A stretch of DNA of 64,000 bases from the human T2T-CHM13v2.0 reference genome, Homo sapiens. Position 1 is the first letter of the stretch. Each line of letters opens with the position of its first letter. The stretch lies in assembly GCF_009914755.1 (NCBI RefSeq), contig NC_060944.1; one strand, written 5' to 3'. The translations under genes were made by a program, and so were the position numbers. A model generated the notes under the pieces. That model saw only the letters and a program-made list of their open reading frames with translations, was not told the DNA's origin and did not search any database. Below, piece after piece: positions 60,404 to 64,000 of this stretch.

Positions 60404-60766
60404 TGATATGGTTTGGCTGTGTCCCCACCCAAATCTCAACTTGAATTATGTCTCCCAGAATTCCCACATCTTGTGGGAGGGACCCAGGGAGAGGTAATTG
60501 AATCATGGGGACTGGTCTTTCCTGTGCTATTCTCGTGGTAATGAATAAGTCTCACGAGATCTCATGAGCTTATCAGGGGTTTCTACTTTTGCTTCTTCCT
60601 CATTTTGTCTTGCCACCACCATGTAAGAAGTGCCTTTCACCCTCCACCATGATTGTGAGACCTTCCCCAGCCACGTGGAACTGTAAGTCCAATTAAACCT
60701 CTTTCTTTTATAAGTTACCCAGTCTCGGGTATGTCTTTATCAGCAACATGAAAACAGATTAATACA
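60404..60766 (+). mobile_element. THE1 solo LTR, next to an older MLT1 3' end (~60772-60906)
   Basis: tgatatggtttggctgtgtccccacccaaatctc...aataca; perfect 5-bp TSD ccagc. Confidence 0.93.
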
Positions 60767-61208
60767 CCAGCTGAGTCCAGAAAAACTTCCTAGGTGAGCA
60801 CAGCCTAAACTACTGACCTACAGAACCATGAGCCAAATGAATACGTACTCTTTTAACCCACTGTATTTTGGCTTGGTTTGTTACACAACAGTAGCTTCCT
60901 GATACACTACCATTGTCACATGTACTGCATTTTATTTGTTTACTTGTCTGTCCCCCAACCTAATGAGAATTCCTTAAAGACAAGAACCATGCCTCATTCA
61001 CACCTCAGCATTTAGACCAATTGTTGGCATCTGGTAGATCCTTGATATGTATCTGTCAAATTGAAATTGTTGAATTAAGCTCTGCTAAAGTTTTGGTGGT
61101 AGAATTTCAGACATCAGGATACTGAATAGGTTATCTCAATGCCCTCAGAATTGCTTCACACATTCAGTTGCCTTCCCCACTAACAAGTTAGACTGTCCTT
61201 GTTGCTAG

Positions 61209-61581
61209 TGTTAAAGATAGTGGGCCCCAGATGGAGTCACTTGTGCTAAAGTTCCACTTTACCAATCTGAAACTAGGTTATTTGCTTGAAATATCTGACC
61301 TTCTGAGAAACCAGGAGAGAGGTGATATTCAAATCCCATTAAGCCAACAAGATTTTGCTTACATCTCTCTAAGGAAAGTAATATCGAAATGACCAATCCA
61401 CTACTTGTTCATTGTTCCTGTATTCCTTCACTTTTTTACTGCCGATAAAACTTACCCACTCTGTCTAGCTCATCAGAGCTCCTTTCTGTTTTGTAGGTTG
61501 GATGCTGCCCAGTTCATGAATTGCTAATAAAAGTCAATCAGATCTGTGAAACTCAATTTGTTGAAATTTTGTTCTTTGACT
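61209..61581 (+). mobile_element. ERV1-class solo LTR (LTR37/MER31/MER67-like)
   Basis: tgttaaa...aataaaagtcaat...aatttgttgaaattttgttctttgac; 4-bp ctag on both sides. Confidence 0.65.
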
Positions 61582-62077
61582 CTAGAATATTGATTTTATC
61601 CCAAAATTTTTTTTCCAGAGTTGCTTTTCTAGTTGGAGAAATGACTCTTTGGCATAGTAACTCTTTGCTGTATAGTTTAAGTTGTTTCTATAGGAATAAG
61701 GGCAGATTCCAGCCTACTTCCAGGATAGTAAGTACAAAATATTTTAAAGTCTATGGCTAAATAGCAACTGTTAATGCATCTCTGATATATCATATGTCCC
61801 ACCATTTATGATATGGATTGGAAAGAGAAAAATGACCTGAAATTCTCTTTCCTTTAAGCAAATAGTACTTAGATGATGCCCCATACATTCTCCAAAAACC
61901 TTCCCCTTACTGTTTTTAGGATGGGAAAACAACCAACAATATAAATTTTTTTCATTTCATAAAAATCTGAGAATAAATTTACCACAGATTAGTTCATATA
62001 TTTCTTTGATTTCTTAACTCATTATTAAGACATTCATAATCAAAATGTGTATTATAAACTTATATATGCTATGATAT

Positions 62078-62950
62078 TGTGATAAAATAAATATACATTT
62101 GGTCTCTGTCCCCAGCTCCTGGTCAGAGCTCCTGAAACACTTGTACCTTCCTAAATGATAAAAGCAACAGAAACATCTTTTGTTACCATATTTTGTTTTC
62201 ATTCCCCACCCCTGACAAAACTCTGGTGCAATAAAGGTGAGAGGAGCATCTTTTGTTATTGATTACAAGCTCCTTACAACAACACCTGAGTCTGTATATT
62301 GACAAAATGATTTTTGGAAAGTCTCTAAGGAAGGGGGCTGGTTGCCAGGAGAACCAACCATGTCATTAGAGGGTTGGAACTTTCAGGCCTACCCCCCAGC
62401 CTCCGCGGAGAGGAGAGGAGCCAGAAGTTGAGTTCAACCACCAGTGGCCAATGATTTCATCAACCATGCCTACACGATGAAGCCTCCATAAAACCCTAAC
62501 CAAAGCGGTTAGGAGAACTTCTGGGTGGTAAACACTGGAGGTGCTGGGAGGGTGGCATGTCTGGAAAGCACATGGAAGCTCTGTGCTTTTCCCCCTGCCA
62601 TGCCCTGTGCAGCTGGCTATTTCTGAGCCCCACCCTTTTATAATGGCCAGTAATACAGTTAGCAAACTGTTTCTCCAAGTTCTGTGAGCCATCCTAGCAA
62701 ATTATCGAACCTAAGCAGGGGTCATGGGAACCTCCAGTTGATAGCCAGCCGGTCAGAAGTACAGGTGGCAACATGGACTTGCGATTGGCATGTGAAGTGG
62801 GGGTACAGGGAGCAGCCTTGTGGGACTAAGCCTAGGTAGACAGTGTCAGAATGGAATTGAATCATAGGACAGACACCCTGCTGGTGTCAGAGAATTGGTC
62901 AGTGTGGGAAAAAAACTCACACATTTGGCATCACAAGTGTTCTGAGAGAA
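62078..62950 (+). mobile_element. MER21-family LTR
   Basis: ttggtctctgtcccagctcctgg...gggggctggttgccaggagaaccaaccatg...ggacttgcgattggcat. Confidence 0.82.
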
Positions 62951-64000
62951 TGTAAAAGAAGTAAGGGTTTGTTTGGTTTTCCTTTTAATGTAGTTTAATA
63001 CATGGAAGACAATTTTTGTTCTCTAAGAACTATCCATCATTTCAGAAGGGTACTGTTTAATAGGAAGAATGCCTTCCATCACTTTTGAATGTGTTTCCCG
63101 AACCTTTCAGCTCATGTCCTCATTTTATTCCAGTACAAGTAGTTCTTTCATGGGGATATAGAGCTTGAGAATGATTAGGTAGCTGGATGTTAAGTAGTTT
63201 GTTAAAGAGATATATCTGTAAGGTAGTACTAATTATTACTTGTAGAACAATGCAAGTCAGGTAATTGGTTCTGTACATCATTTTTCTGCCATGGATTTAC
63301 TTTATTCCTGCCTTTCCTTGTGTGTTCACCCCCAGAGAAGTCATTTCTCCAGTTTGTGGCTGACCCTGTATTGAGAATGATACCTGGAGTGCCAGCTAGC
63401 TGACACATGTCAGATAGGATTCGAGTAGAATGTTGCAGAAACCCGGAGGCCATTTCTGAACACTTTACACTACTCAAGGTGGCAAAGGAGAGACATGGAG
63501 CCATTTGAGGTTATCTTGGTTCATGTGCTAATGTGCCTTATATTAAGAATTAATGAATTTCAGTGTCTCAGAGAAGCCAACAGTGGATCTCCCTTGCCGA
63601 TGTTTGTGTATTGCATAAAGGCAATCATATTTTAATGATCATATGAGCTACTTGTTTGGGGGCTATTATTTAATTGGAAACAAGTGAATTAACCACCTAA
63701 TTCATCAAATCTAAGTTGCTATCAATTATAAGATGTACCTTTATTTTATGTACTATTAAGAAAAAAAATGCAGCCAATTAAATTGTAACACAACGTCTAA
63801 ATGAGAGTCCTGAACAGCATGTGAATCAGTCATATAAGTCTTAGTGCTTTGAAATTTCTTTCATCTATTCAGAGAGGGGAGGCAATTTACGTGCCCTTCA
63901 ATTGCATTATTTGCTGGGTGATGTGGAAAAATTTTTTTGCATGTGTCTCAGTAACAAAATGTAACACAGCTTCATCTCCTTGTCATCTTTTATTTGCTCC

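Noticed and set aside
42180-64000. Further CFAP61 exons
   Set aside because: I could not find the recalled next peptide (MSYALNHTNRKL...) by eye; treated as intron.

Overview
Primate (human-type) genomic DNA, rich in Alu, L1, L2, MIR, LTR and DNA-transposon relics. The window lies inside one + strand gene. I spliced eight exons by hand (1649-1723, 6332-6510, 8679-8718, 11608-11747, 30207-30333, 33621-33698, 38849-39055, 42045-42179). They join into one open frame of 981 nt / 327 codons (GNIAREAASEE...APSKAVSKDP), which I recognise from memory as the middle of CFAP61 (C20orf26), an axonemal radial-spoke-associated protein. I found no further exon after 42179. Almost all ORFs in the supplied track are spurious or repeat-derived. 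No clearly new biological system is evident. The best leads are: a GC-AG intron; a young L1 with an apparently serial 3' transduction; an in-frame, LTR-derived candidate alternative last exon; a two-unit minisatellite made of 5'-splice-site-like motifs; an Alu lacking target-site duplication (possible deletion scar); and a repeat-poor intron with a motif-dense candidate enhancer. Repeat subfamily calls and some boundaries are by eye and approximate.
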